Shown here: in pieces, positions 1 through 64,000 of the stretch
Layout of the letters: every line of letters starts with the position of its first letter
How positions within the stretch are numbered: the stretch's first letter is position 1
Assembly (NCBI GenBank): GCA_012295275.1
Contig: CM022677.1
Span: forward strand, 24,056,001 to 24,120,000
Reading direction: 5' to 3'
Source of the DNA: Chrysomallon squamiferum
Lineage: Eukaryota; Animalia; Mollusca
Length of the DNA: 64,000 bases
Position numbers and translations under genes: made by a program
Notes under the pieces: generated by a model
The model's database searches: none
The model's input: the letters and a program-made list of their open reading frames with translations, nothing else
Told to the model about the DNA's origin: nothing

Positions 1-35
1 TGTTTAGTCATTTATTTGTTTGTTTCTGTTATCAG

Positions 36-9472
<9,437 letters not shown>

Positions 9473-9503
9473 CTTCAGTATTATTTACCTCTCACTGTTT
9501 TGA

Positions 9504-9509
9504 AATAAA
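9504..9509 (+). terminator. Polyadenylation signal of the Ig-LCCL gene
   Basis: AATAAA 32 nt after the stop codon. Confidence 0.55.
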
Positions 9510-9559
9510 ATATTAATTTTTATCTAAACTGAAAATATTTGATCAGTGCAGAAACTTTG

Positions 9560-9665
<106 letters not shown>

Positions 9666-9779
9666 AAAAAGAAAATTAAATAAAATTAAATAAAATTAAA
9701 AAGAAGAACCAGTGACAGACAAACATTCACAAAAAAAAAAAAAAGAAATGAAAAAGAAGGCAAGTAATCAGTACAAAAT

Positions 9780-9785
9780 TTTATT
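9780..9785 (-). terminator. Candidate polyadenylation signal of the aminopeptidase gene
   Basis: AATAAA on the - strand ~1.25 kb after the stop, near the end of the convergent gene; other sites are possible. Confidence 0.3.
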
Positions 9786-10241
9786 GAGAAAATACATCAA
9801 TATAATACACAGTTACATACATTTCTATATAAAAATTATTGTATACATACTCTACCAGCAATACCCAACATAGGATACATATCTTACAGGGGAGATAATT
9901 ATGATAATTTTAAAAACATTTTGAGGGTGGGGACTGGGGCAATTTAGGAAAACAACATTTAAATAATTATACATTATTCTTTTTGGTTTGAAACATAAAC
10001 ATATTTTCCAATTTCATTAATAAACTGTCATTTTAATTGCTAATTTATAATTATAACTTTCAAACGAAAATGGACGATATCAAAAATGGAAGAGGTTTGT
10101 GAGGGGCAGGCGCGAAATAAGGTTGGGTACCACTGTCCTGTGCATATATATGAGACGTATTACATACACCTGTATATAGATATAAATATATAAATCACAT
10201 TTACTAACTAAAAAATATATATCTAAAAACGAAGTTAGCAG

Positions 10242-10283
<42 letters not shown>

Positions 10284-10720
10284 ATGGATATGTACGTATG
10301 TATTGTTGTATATGTATGAGTGTGTACTTACGTATGTATAACGCATATATATAAATATAAAAACTAAAGCAAAGACTACATGAGGTATATACATATATTT
10401 CTATTTAAAAAATATTCTATGTGAATGCACATCGCTTTTTCTTCTCTCTATGTCATTCTGATTATGTCTAGCAGTAAAGATATAGTTAAAACCGTCTCTT
10501 TCTCTATATTTTGATATGAAAACTAATTAAAATATAAAATATAAAACGCAAAACAAAAATATTCTCAGGAACAGTCAGATTTGTTCTGGAGGCTTTTTTT
10601 TAAAATGTATTTGATATTTTTGTTCGTAATTAACCGTGTTTGTTTTTCAGCATGACAATTAAAATTAAAAATGTATCCCTACTAGAAAAAGAAAATGAAT
10701 CGATTAAAGAAATATTTGCA

Positions 10721-10789
<69 letters not shown>

Positions 10790-10947
10790 GTAAAAAATAT
10801 TGGTAATGCAACCACTATCAACAGAAAAAAACGTGATTATGTAAAAGAAAATATAATTACATCTGAAGTATTAAAAACAGATTTCTGACACAGAAATGAA
10901 CAGATAAATAAATTAAAACAAAGAAAAAAGAAAAATCTATCAAAACA

Positions 10948-11007
<60 letters not shown>

Positions 11008-11029
11008 CAAGTAAAAAGGAAATAACAGT

Positions 11030-48416
<37,387 letters not shown>

Positions 48417-48964
48417 TTTTGACAAAGTCTTTTCTTTTTTTTTTCTTTTTTTTTTTTTCTTTTAAGCTGATTTTTCTTTCCCGTACGTCTTAAATGTTTT
48501 ATTTTTATCCCGCTCTTCACGAGAAGGAAGAATTCTTAATAAAAAAACACTTTTGACTTAATAACGAAAATTTATGAACCAGAACGATTAAAAAAAAAAA
48601 AAAAAAAATAAATAATGTTATAAAAAAAAAGATTAAATTTATAAAATTAGCTGCACGTCAGAATGCTTTTAAAAAAAATTCTTAAGCTGACATTATTATT
48701 TATAAGAATAAGGAAATTTGAAATGTTAGCGACAGTTTTCTTAAACACGAGCGCGGAACTTGTGAAGTGACAAACAACTTGAAGCAGACGTTACCTCGCT
48801 CCGACCCGAATAACACGCCACACGCAAACAGGTTGCCGCTTGTCAATTACCATTCAAGAAAGATAACTGGAAGAGGAATTATTAAGAAAGCTAGCCTGGT
48901 ATTTTCAGTACGCCAGTAAAAGGTTGTTTCGTCTTTATAATTTTTAACGTCCACACCGAGACAC

Positions 48965-49040
48965 ACGTCGCCTGAAGCGTGTTGGGTCGTAGGTTCAATC
49001 CTCACAAATGCCAACGAAGAGGGTTTTTCTTGTTCTAGTT
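48965..49040 (+). mobile_element. Possible degenerate tRNA-derived SINE head
   Basis: B-box-like GGTTCAATCC at 48992-49001; no clear A box or cloverleaf. Confidence 0.25.
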
Positions 49041-49261
49041 TGTTTCTTAGTGTATTTTATTTAAAGAAACGGATTTTTTTCTCTTCAGTATTTTACACTA
49101 TTAAGAGAAACATCAACTTAAATGATGTAAACGGGTTTCTTCTCTTATATCATCCCCTATCATATCAATATCAGGAGTAATTTCATTTTAGCAGCAGCAA
49201 CAGCAGTCATAGTCGTTGTAGCAATATATGTAGTGGTAGTAGTGATTATAATAATAATAAT

Positions 49262-49308
<47 letters not shown>

Positions 49309-50113
49309 GAAGAAGAAGAAGAAAAAGCATTATTATTAGTAGTAGTAATCGTAGTAGTAGGAGACGTTGCAGTCACAGACGTGGTTATGTGGTCGTAGCA
49401 GTAATAGTAGCAGCTGTGGTACTATGGTGCAGAACTAGTATGGTTATTGTAGGTATTAGTCCTGACAGTGGCAGTAATAATGGCTGTAGTCGTGACAGTG
49501 GTAGTAGTAGTAGTGTATGTAGTGGTCGTAACAGTGTATATAGGGTAGGAGTAATAGTCTACGTAGTTGTGGTAGTAAGAGTTGTTGTCATGACAGTGGT
49601 AGTAACAGTGTATGTAGTGGTAACAATAACAGTATATATGGTTGTAGTAGTAGTAATGATAGCAGCTTGTTTATTTATTTACGTTACTTACGTTCACAAA
49701 CACAAAAGATATTTCTAGACGTTGGGACCAGAACATTTTTCCTTGAAGGAAAACACAAAAGAAATTTATTTGAGATATTTTTTATTCTTTTGTTTACAAA
49801 GCCTGCATTTGTGTCTGTGAACAATAGAAAGTATGTTACGTAAGTAGCAAAGTTTCCTCTGAACAGTATCTGAAAGGAAATCTTTTGTGTTGTAAGGTCT
49901 CAATTCACACTTTATTTTTTTATTTTCTTTCCTTTTTTTTTTATGTTTGCTTTCTTTGTTATCTGTGATGTGTTGTATTGTATTCTGATTCAAACTGAGG
50001 TTTTTTTTTTTTTTTTTTTTTATAAATAAGATGTGTTATTCCTGAAGATGTCAGGTTTCTGTTTTATTCTTCTTTTCGTGGAAGGATACCTTATAAAAGA
50101 ATCTTGCTGATCC

Positions 50114-50167
<54 letters not shown>

Positions 50168-50745
50168 TAATAATAATAAAATAAAAAAATAAAAAAATAA
50201 TAATAATAAAAAGAAGAAGAAGAAGAACAACAACAACAGCAATAATAATATGACGATAATAATAATAACAGTGCTTATTACAATGATGATAGTTATAATG
50301 ATCATCATCATCATAAAAAAGTGATCAGAGGAAATGAAAGAATAGAAGAAAAATAAGGATAAACACAAACACAAACACAAACAAAACAAACACACAAACA
50401 CAAAAGCACACAAACACACAGCCACAAACACATATAAACACATAAAATACACACAACACACACACACAAACACACACACACACACGCACAGAAACACAAA
50501 CCCGCACAGTATCAGAGAAAACAAAAATGGAGTACGCATACAAATGTCATCTTTGTACGTCTGCCTTGCAGCCGAACAAAAGACTTTTCTAGAAAAACCA
50601 CGGACACATGTGGGAACAAAATAAAACTGAAACGAGATAGTTCAGAAACTCCTCGGCTCATATCAAAATCAGATGCAGTCTCTCAATATAAAACCACTTC
50701 TACCAGTTTATGAAAGGTTAAGTTGTCATTCAAACATATATATAT

Positions 50746-51080
50746 ACTGTTAAAGGTATGTTCCCACGCGTCGACTTTATTTAACCTGCTGTAGAACTAA
50801 CTATCGCTTTATCGTTGTTAAAGGTATGTTCCAACGCGTCGACTTTATTTAGCTTCCTGTAGAAGTACTATTGCTTTATCGTTTTTAAAGGTTTATTCAT
50901 ACGCATCGACTTGTTTTTGAGACAATCAAAGGTTAACCTGGTATAAAAGTCCAGAAAATTTATCATTGTTAAAGGTATGATCACACGAGTCGACCTTTTG
51001 TAACAGTCAAATTTAACCTGCTGATAAAGTGTCGTTCAAACAAATATTGTTAAAGGTATGTTCACACGCGACAACCTTTT
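50746..51080. repeat. Degenerate tandem repeat (5 copies, ~65-85 bp period)
   Basis: Core GTTAAAGGTATGTTCCCACGCGTCGAC; another partial core at ~51357 beyond the MITE. Confidence 0.8.
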
Positions 51081-51097
51081 CTATCCCAATAAACTGT

Positions 51098-51347
51098 CAG
51101 GGCCTACGAGACAGGGGTTCCGGGCCCTAGGAGCCAAATAGGGTCCCACAGCAAACAAGTAACATCCATTTCCCCTCGATTACAAGCACTTTATGTTACA
51201 TCTGGTCATGGAAATAAAGCATCTATGTGAGTTTACATGTAGATGTATACTGGACATGAAATTCTGAGTTTTGACAAAAATCTCTGCCTACCTCGGGGCC
51301 CCAAAGGGGTTTTGTTCAGTCTTGCAAAACTTCTCTCGAAGGCCCTG
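51098..51347. mobile_element. 250 bp hAT-like MITE (non-autonomous DNA transposon)
   Basis: TIRs CAGGGCCTACGAGA / TCTCGAAGGCCCTG (13/14 complementary); 8 bp target-site duplication TAAACTGT / TAAAGTGT (7/8); internal GGGCCC motifs. Confidence 0.8.
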
Positions 51348-53202
51348 TAAAGTGTGCTAAAGGTACGATCATAGATGATGATTTCAGGTAGTTTGGGGAA
51401 ATGTTTAATAGTTATAAAGGAGTTTTAAAATAGGTTAATATCTCACTTATGTAAAATATTGTTAAAGAAATCTTCACAATAGCAAGAATAACGATGACAA
51501 CATCATCAATAACAATATTACTGCTCGTAGTAGTAGTAGTAGTAAAAGGAGAAAAAGAAGGAGCAGTTACGAGTAGAAGAAGAAGAAGAAACACAACAAC
51601 AACAACAACAACAACAAAATGCAGAACAGCAATAAATAAATAAAAAATTAATAATGATAATAAATAAATAAATAGTTCTTACAAGCAGGAAAAGAGAAAA
51701 ATTCCCTTTAAAGAACATATACTTACTTCATTATGCAAACACTACTATGACGTCATAATACTATGACGTTGCATCAGGTATCTCGAAGGGAATTCTTACT
51801 CAGCGAGATAAAAATTTTGTAAGTGGTAAGCAAAGATACATTAAACTCCACCGCTACTGATAATACTATTATCACGACCACAACAAAAACAACAACAACA
51901 ACAACAACAACAGTAACCACTATTAGTACTATTACTACTCTATCCACTACCTGTTTCTACTACCCCCATTACTACCACTACTACTATTATTACTGCTGTT
52001 ACTAATACTTTCACAACATCAAAAGCAAAAACAACAACAAATACTACTACTACTAATGACATTATTACTTTTGTTATTACAATAATTGTTATTTTTATTT
52101 TATTTTATCTTATTTTTTAGTATTAATTTAAACACTAATAGTTACACAACAACCGTAGGGATAATAGTAGTAGTAACAATAGTAATAAAAATGGCAGTAA
52201 TAGTAGATGTAGTCCTCCTATTATTATAATTATCATCATCATCATTATCATCACCATCATCATCATCTCATTATTACTGTTGTTGTTGTTGTTGTTGCTG
52301 TTGTTTCTAATCTTCCTGTTGTTCTTCTTCTTCTTAATGTTTCTTTGGTTATTGTATTCATTGCTACAACCGTCATTATAATTTCATGCTATCAATGACA
52401 ACTTCTCATTTTACTAGTAATTTTATAACGCTTGGTAATGGGGAGTTTTACTCAGGCTAAACGCATATCTCGAAGGCTCTTTCTCGGCTGCACCAAACAA
52501 AAGACAGAATTGAGTTGCGTTCGAAATCACCTGGAAAATTGACACCATATGACCTGTTTCCGACCATCATCTGTTTCCCATGTTAATCTTTGTTACCATT
52601 CACAGGTTTAACACGAAATCGCGCAATCTAACACTTCGCAATACTTTCATACAAAAAAAAGTATCGGTTTTAATATTTATTTTTCCCCAAAAAAACCAAA
52701 AAAAAAAAAAAAAAAAATTCTTCATCCAGGAAAATGTTTATACAAATTATTTTTAATAACCCTCCTTCCAGTATTTCTTTAACATTCATGAACGATGCTT
52801 AATAAAGATAATTTTGATATATATTATATATATAATGAGAAGAATAAAAGAATCTGTTTTAATATTTATTTTGTAAAAAAATAAAAAAATAAAAAAAAAA
52901 AAAAAATGAAGGAAAAAGAAAGAGTGATATTGATTCCAGTGTTTAACTAGTGACTGGTTTAGAACGAGGCTTGACGTGGTTTTGAGTGTGTTTGAGTAAA
53001 AGAGCTGTTTAAGATTACTTCCATCTCGCTCTCTGACATTTCTGTTTGTTTTTCACTCAGTGGCGGTTCTCAGTGAGTAAGTTTAACTCTACAGTCGACA
53101 TTGATACCAGGATTGAAGAAAGAATACGAATATTTTGTTTAAATATTTTAAGAATTAAACATTTGTGAAAAATATATTGTTAATTATTTTTTTTCCGACT
53201 CC

Positions 53203-53285
<83 letters not shown>

Positions 53286-53509
53286 AAGGTTTGTTAGAAT
53301 AGACAGAGCAACCCAGAAAAGACTAATGGTCGAACTTTTCATACGACAGAAAAAAACAAAACAACTCTGAGATTTTTTACATGTATTAATTACCCACTTT
53401 CAGCTTTATAAAGTGACAAAATTTACATAATTAATTTATTTTTTAATTATTATTCTTCAAATGAAGTTTTTCTTCATTACTGGATCTGTCACTTTAGCTT
53501 GTGACATGG

Positions 53510-53648
53510 TTAGTCACCTTCACAGTCTTCTACTGGAGTTCCGTCAGGCAGTTCCCAATCTCTGTTACAGCCTCCGCAGTAGTTAGAACTGGAAAAAAGA
53601 GAAAATTGATATTAACTTTTGTTTCCTTATACTGTCCTTCTTTGTCTC

Positions 53649-53690
<42 letters not shown>

Positions 53691-54806
53691 TTAGTTTTGT
53701 TTATATATATATTTATTTTTATTTTTCATGAATCCATTTACTGTCTTTCTTTTATTTCTATTTTTTAATCTTCCTTCTTTATTTTTAAACGTTCTTTCAT
53801 TATTTCACGTTATTATCATTATCATCATTATCATCATCATCATCATCATCATCATCTTCATATCATGATCATTATAGGTATGTCGAATGGTATAAAGAGT
53901 AATACACTAATATAAATAAATAAATAAAAATTGATAACTACCACAGAAACAAAAACAAGAACTACAACTACAACAAAAAAAAAAACAACAACAACAATAA
54001 TAATAATATTATACTAGTTTATAATGTTTGAGCAAATAAATCATCTTTATCCAGGCTAAACTGCATATTCATTTTCATCACAAAAACTGTCTTCATCTGA
54101 TGAATTGCGTTTGTATAAAACTCACCAAAAAAAAAATATATATTTGGCTTTGGTGTTTTTTCTGTTGACATAACAACACGAAATTCGAAAGAAAGAAAAA
54201 AAAGGGATAGTGTACAAGTCTAGATTTAATATTGACATAACGTCAATAGACACTGTCGAAGAAAATATTAAATTAAAGAAAAATAAATAAAAATTTCTTA
54301 CACAAAAACTTTCTTTTATGTGAAGCTGAACGTACAGTATATAAAAACGAAGAGGTTATCAACATATGATAATTCCTTTGCATATAAAGAAATATTATAT
54401 TACAAAAATACCTTTGTTCTTTGTCTCTCAGAACTGTATATCAAACTATATCAAATAAATAAATTAAAATCACAACATAAAATACAGACCTATGTATTCA
54501 GAGGAGATTCTCTGTCATTATAATACAATGTTCTCGCTGACAAGAATCGTGCTGAATTTTTTAAAATAATAAATAGTGATTTGCAGCACAGCTATGAATG
54601 TAAAAAATCCTTTGACCACGCCTACTTACAGGCATCTGGCTTCGGGGTGAGAGCGACATATAGGGGCATTCGTGCAGGGATCAACAAGACAGGCAACTAT
54701 TGATTTTCCCGAGGGACACCCGTCATCGGCAGTTTTAGCTTCAGCTGTAAAATAAAACACTAATAACATACTGAATGAAAGAATAACACATACACCGTAT
54801 ACATAG

Positions 54807-54866
<60 letters not shown>

Positions 54867-55224
54867 AAGAGGAAGACTAAGAGAAACAGCGAGAGAGAGA
54901 CAGAGAGAGAAAGAGAGAAAGAGAGAAACAGAGAGAGTGAGTGAGAGAGAGACAGAGAGACTGAGACAGAGAAAGAGCGAGCGAGAGACAGAGCGAGAAA
55001 GAGAGACAGAGAGAGAGAATGACAGAGAGAGACTGAGCAGAGAAAGAGCGAGAGAGACAGAGAGATAAAGAGAGACAGAGAGAGAGTGAGAGACAGACAG
55101 CGAGAGAAAGAGACAGAGAAAGAGAGAAAGTGAGAGAGAGACAGAGAAAGAGAGAAAATAGAGAGTGAGAGAGAGTGAGACAGAGAGAGACAGAGATACA
55201 GAGAAAGACAGACAGAAAGAGTCT

Positions 55225-55283
<59 letters not shown>

Positions 55284-55741
55284 AGAGAGAGAGCTAGAGA
55301 GAGAGCGAGAGAAATAGAGACAGAGAGAGACAGAGAGAGCGAGAGAGCCAGAGGGAGCCAGAGAGAAACGGACAGAGACAGCGAGAGAGAGAGACAGCGA
55401 GAGAGACAGACAGAGAGAGAGAGAGAGACAGAGAGAGAGAGACAGAGAGAGTCAGAGAGAGAGAGAGAAAGAGAGAAAAAAGAGAGAGAGTAATAGAGCG
55501 AGAAAGAAAGACATAAAGGATGACAGAGAGACAAAGAGACAGGTATATTGGTAAAAAAATGGACTAAAAAAAAAAACATACATAAACACATAAACAAAAT
55601 AGTGATAATAATAATTAAAAAAATAATAAAGCAAAGTGAAAAGAAGAAAGAGAAAAAACAACGGGAAACGACAAAGTCAAAATAAAGATACGAACCCGCC
55701 ACTATTGCCGCTAGAATGAAAAACAGAACTGCAGTCTTCAT
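53510..55741 (-). CDS. Small secreted 8-Cys peptide, copy A (79 aa)
   Basis: Exons 55741-55696, 54744-54630, 53588-53510: MKTAVLFFILAAIVAAEAKTADDGCPSGKSIVACLVDPCTNAPICRSHPEARCLSNYCGGCNRDWELPDGTPVEDCEGD*; TATA at 55783-55790, AATAAA at 53435-53440. Confidence 0.9.
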
Positions 55742-55782
55742 CGTCAGTGTTTATAACTGACCTATCTGTTTGCTTTTTTGAC

Positions 55783-55915
55783 TTTATATATAGGATAATA
55801 AGATAATTAGACGTTATAATTACTCATGTGAAAGCCGGATGTGCACCAAATAACTGACAGAATCCATTTAAACGTATAAATCCTGTAGTCATTAATATAT
55901 GCAGGTTTAATATAT
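55783..55915 (-). promoter_or_regulatory. Proximal promoter of the peptide genes (TATA box plus AGATAA GATA-type motif); paralogous blocks at ~58540-58670, ~59410-59530, ~62423-62540 and ~63866-64000
   Basis: TATATA(A/G)A ~45 nt upstream of the ATG in copies A, B and C, followed by conserved TAAGATAATTAGACGTTAT. Confidence 0.6.
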
Positions 55916-56018
55916 TTCTTAAAGTACGTTCACATCATGTGACTTGACATGATTCTTGTTTTCAGCAAAATATGTGAATACCAACATACATGCATCTCTC
56001 TGTCTGTCTGTCTGTCTC

Positions 56019-56092
<74 letters not shown>

Positions 56093-56422
56093 TCCCACTG
56101 TTAACGCCTTTAGCAGTTGCTTCTCAGTTTGTTCTACACCATAGAAACTTTATGTTACTTCAAAGTGATTAACGTTCATAAATGTCGCCACGTCAAACCG
56201 CGCCTTTATGTTTATCAGAACGGCGACAAATGTCACCTGAGTAATCATCAACTCGAGTTCGTGCAGGGATTAGCACCAGTTTAATGTACACAGAGCATAA
56301 TCAATATATTAATGTAAGTTAAGTACATATGTACAGATATACATTTATGTATATATATATGTGTATATATATACATGTATATATAAACATACACACACAC
56401 ACATACGCACAGAAACATAGAC

Positions 56423-56453
<31 letters not shown>

Positions 56454-56454
56454 T

Positions 56455-56581
<127 letters not shown>

Positions 56582-57008
56582 CAGACAGACAGAGAAGGAA
56601 ACTGAAATGGGCTTTGGCGTTTGACGAGCTAAGTTACAGTAATCTCAATTGTCTTAGACATATTTTCAGTTACCTCCCCTGAAACGTGACGTGAAGACCA
56701 CATAATGTCTTGAGAACATATCTACATCACCCACACTACACACCACACAGACACACACATAGACACACACGTAGACTGAGATTTGACAAAGTGATGCGGT
56801 GTTTAAAGTCTTGTTTGTAAGATCAGTGATACGTGATATACAGTTTTTAGTAAATATGTTCAGTTTCACGCCATGAACATTTATTAATGGCTCATAAAGT
56901 TTATAATTACACTTAATTCCTCATGGATTAACTTTTATTTATTCTAGTAAAGCTGTTTCTTTTAAGGCGAGTTTTATGAACGATTAATTAGAGAGAGAGA
57001 GAGAGAGA

Positions 57009-57122
<114 letters not shown>

Positions 57123-57365
57123 GAGATTAAGGTGCGGTTGAATAGACAGAGCATCCCAAAAAGGACTGATGGTCGAACTTTTCATACGATAGAAAAAAAC
57201 AAAACAACTTTGAGATTTATTACATGTATTAATTACTGACTTACATAAATCAGATTTATAAAGTGATAGAATTTACATGATTAATTTATTTTTTAATTAT
57301 TATTCTTCAAATGAATTTTTTTTCAGTACTGGATTTGTCACTTGAGCTTGTAACATATTTAGTCG

Positions 57366-58496
<1,131 letters not shown>

Positions 58497-59002
58497 CGTC
58501 AACGTTTATAACTGACCTATCTGTCTACTTTTTCTGGCTCTATATATAGTATGATAAGATAATTAGACGTTATCATTACTCATGCTAAAGCCGGATCTAC
58601 ACCATCTGACTTGCAGAATTCATTTCAGCCTATAAATCCTGTTCATTAATATACGCAGGTCGAATATATTTCTAAAACCACGTTCACACTATTTGATTTG
58701 AGATAATTCTTGTTTTGAGCAAAATACGAACATACCTCTCTCTCTCTCTCTCTCTGTTCCTAAATGTCGCCACGTCAAGTCGCGCCTTTATGATTATGAG
58801 AACGGCGACAAATGTCACCTGAGTAATCAACAACTCGAGTTTGTGCAGGTGTTAGCACCAGTTTAATGTGCACAGAGCATAATCAATATATTAATGTCAG
58901 TTAGCTCCATATTTTAAGATATATATACATACATTTCTACATACATTATATATATACATGTATATATAAATACACACACTTACACATACACACACAAACA
59001 TA

Positions 59003-59044
<42 letters not shown>

Positions 59045-59063
59045 CACATACATAGACAGACAT

Positions 59064-59133
<70 letters not shown>

Positions 59134-59320
59134 CGAAAGGTAATGAGAAAGACGAAGAAAGAGGAGAGACAGAGAGATATATAAATAGCTAGAAAAACAG
59201 GGAGCCAGATACAAAGATAGAGACAAAATAGCTGTATGAAATAAAATTAAAATAAATGCATAACTGCATAACATCAGCTAAATGAATAAGAAAGAGGAAA
59301 ACATAAAGACAAGAACAACC

Positions 59321-59530
59321 AACAATAAGGAGCAGAACCGCAGCCTAATGTAAGTGATGTATTCTCTAGTTCTTTTGCTATATATATATATATATATATA
59401 TTGGGAAGAAAGATAATCAGACGTTATCGTTATTTATGCTAAAGCCGGATCAATACCACCTGACTGGCGTAATTCATTTCAGCATGAAAATCCTTTTTTA
59501 ATTAATAATACGCAAGTCTAATGTATTTCA
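59321..59530 (-). pseudogene. Relic copy D: diverged promoter plus decayed exon 1 lacking ATG
   Basis: ACAATAAGGAGCAGAACCGCAGCCTAATG resembles copy B ACAATGAAAAACAGAACTGCAGTCTTCATCG; followed by (TA)n and the AGATAAT.AGACGTTATC...AAAGCCGGAT promoter block. Confidence 0.55.
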
Positions 59531-59639
59531 CACTACATGATTTGAAATAATTGTTGTTTGGAACAAAAATATGTGTTTGTGCATATGTGTGTGTATATGT
59601 ATGTATATATATATATATATGTGTGTGTAAATATGTGTT

Positions 59640-59679
<40 letters not shown>

Positions 59680-59765
59680 CACATATATGCACACACGCAC
59701 TCACACGTATACAAACACACATACAAACACACCCTCATATCCATACACTTATCCCTCTCTATCCA

Positions 59766-59822
<57 letters not shown>

Positions 59823-60809
59823 ATATATATATATCTGTTCTTAGCTCATTTAACGTTGTTATTTTGTTTTTGTTTTTTTCAGGACCTGCTTCTCAGTTGG
59901 TTCTACACTTTAGAAACTTTGTATTCTTTCAAACTAAAAACGTTCATAAAAGTCGACGCGTCAGGTCGCGCCTTTAATCTCTACGAGACCAGCGACAAAC
60001 GTCACATCGTTCATTGACAACTGCGGTTTGTGCAAGTACTTCTACGTGTGTATCCTTCACTAAGATCAATGAAATAAACATGTGTCCTTCACACAGCACG
60101 TCATAAGTCCCTTTTAATTCACACAGTGCATATTGAGTGTATTAATGTAACCAACGTACATGTGTACTAACGTACCTTAACCCATCTGTCCGTACGTATT
60201 TACGTACATAGTTATGTGCATTGATTCGTACATACGTACTTATACAAATGGATAGCTAGACAGACAGAGATATAGAAAGATAGAGAGATAGATAGATAGA
60301 TAGATAGATATATACATCATAGGTAGATACACAGGTAAATACATACATACATACATATACATATACATATATATATATATATATATAAAAGGCATACGAA
60401 GAGAAAGAGGGAGAGAGTGATAGATGGAGGGAGGGAGGGATAGAGAGATAACGAGAGAGAGAGAGAGAGTTACGCAATGAAAGTTACATGTGTTAAGTAC
60501 TTGACTTTCTTCTCACTAGATGCACTGTCAGTAATACATTCGTGTGTTCTTTTACACCATCTGTCACTCTCAAACGCACACGCACGGACATGTACACGTA
60601 TCGTCACAGTTCTTTCTTTCTTTCGCTTATACTGTCTGTTCTGGTTCTGTCTCATATACCTGTTTTTTTACACATTAGAAAATGTTTCTGTCTCTCGTTC
60701 ACATAGTCAGTTATACAAACACAACACTAAGGGGAGATAACTGCAAATATGTATAAGACAATTGTGATTACTGTAACTTAGCACGAAGAACGCCAAAGCC
60801 ATCACAGTT

Positions 60810-61003
<194 letters not shown>

Positions 61004-61046
61004 TCGCTCTCTCTCTCTCTGTTTTTTGTAAACTTTAGATGAGGGA

Positions 61047-62420
<1,374 letters not shown>

Positions 62421-62597
62421 TCAGATAATTAGACGTTATCGTTACTCATGCTAAAGCCGGATCTACACCATCTGACTCGCAGAATTCGTTTCAGCCTATA
62501 AATCCTGTTCATTAATATACGCAGATGGAATATATTTCTAAAAGCACGTTCACACTACGTGATTTGAGATAATTCTTGTTTTGAGCAAAATACGAAC

Positions 62598-62739
<142 letters not shown>

Positions 62740-63074
62740 CTCTCTCTTTCTCTGTTTTTCCCACAGTTATCGCCTTTAGTAGTTGCTTCTCACTTTGTTC
62801 TACAGCATAGAAACTTTACATTACTTCAAAGTAATTAATGTTCATAAATGTCGCCACGTCAAGTCGCGCCTTTATGTTGATGAGAATAGCGACAAATGTC
62901 AACTGAGTAATCAACAACTCGAGTTCGTGCAGGGATTAGCACCAGTTTAATGTACACAGAGCATAACGAATATATTAATTTCAGTTAGGTACATATGTAC
63001 ATGTATATATAAATACACACACATACACATAAAAATACAAATATATATATATATATATAGATAGATAAACAGTC

Positions 63075-63156
<82 letters not shown>

Positions 63157-63218
63157 GATATCTAATGATTGACAGCACAGCTATGAATGTAAACAATCCT
63201 CTGACCACGCCTACTTAC

Positions 63219-63823
<605 letters not shown>

Positions 63824-64000
63824 CGTCAATGTTTATAACTGACCTATCTGTTTGCTTTTTTGACTCTATATATAGGATAATAAGATAATTAGACGTTATC
63901 ATTACTCATGTGAAAGCCGGATGTGCACCAAATAACTGACAGAATTCATTTAAACGTATAAATCCTGTAGTAATTAATATATGCAGGTTTAATATATTTC

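Noticed and set aside
48965-49040. tRNA gene
   Set aside because: Only a B-box/T-loop-like motif is present; no acceptor stem or cloverleaf could be built. Kept only as a low-confidence SINE remnant.
54626-55741. 371-aa ORF with a long SL-repeat middle
   Set aside because: Chance read-through of the stop-free (CT)n-rich intron 1 of peptide copy A; paralogs B and C have the same splice sites but no such ORF.
56258-56275. 13-nt match (TTCGTGCAGGGAT) between the upstream block and peptide A exon 2
   Set aside because: Similarity does not extend and stops follow at once; probably chance.

Overview
AT-rich animal genomic DNA saturated with microsatellites; a mollusc/lophotrochozoan origin is inferred from gene content, not shown. 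Hand-spliced gene models give four coding elements. (1) The 3' end of a + strand gene encoding at least two Ig domains and a C-terminal LCCL domain (7 exons, 36..9472). (2) A convergent ~37 kb - strand M1-family aminopeptidase N-like gene (48416..11030; 20 clean exons plus one scrambled exon) with TM anchor, GAMEN and HELAH-x18-E motifs. (3) An intronless gene nested on the same strand in its penultimate intron (15023..14091), encoding signal peptide + PAN-like + Sushi + galectin-like domains. (4) A tandem cluster of small secreted 8-Cys peptide genes on the - strand: two intact copies, one Cys-depleted truncated copy and one relic, with an inverted duplication among them. Non-coding features include minisatellites built from or abutting splice junctions, a triplicated intronic block carrying a decayed copy of APN exon 2, a 250 bp hAT-like MITE and DR1 nuclear-receptor motifs. 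Nearly all other ORFs in the track are microsatellite artefacts.
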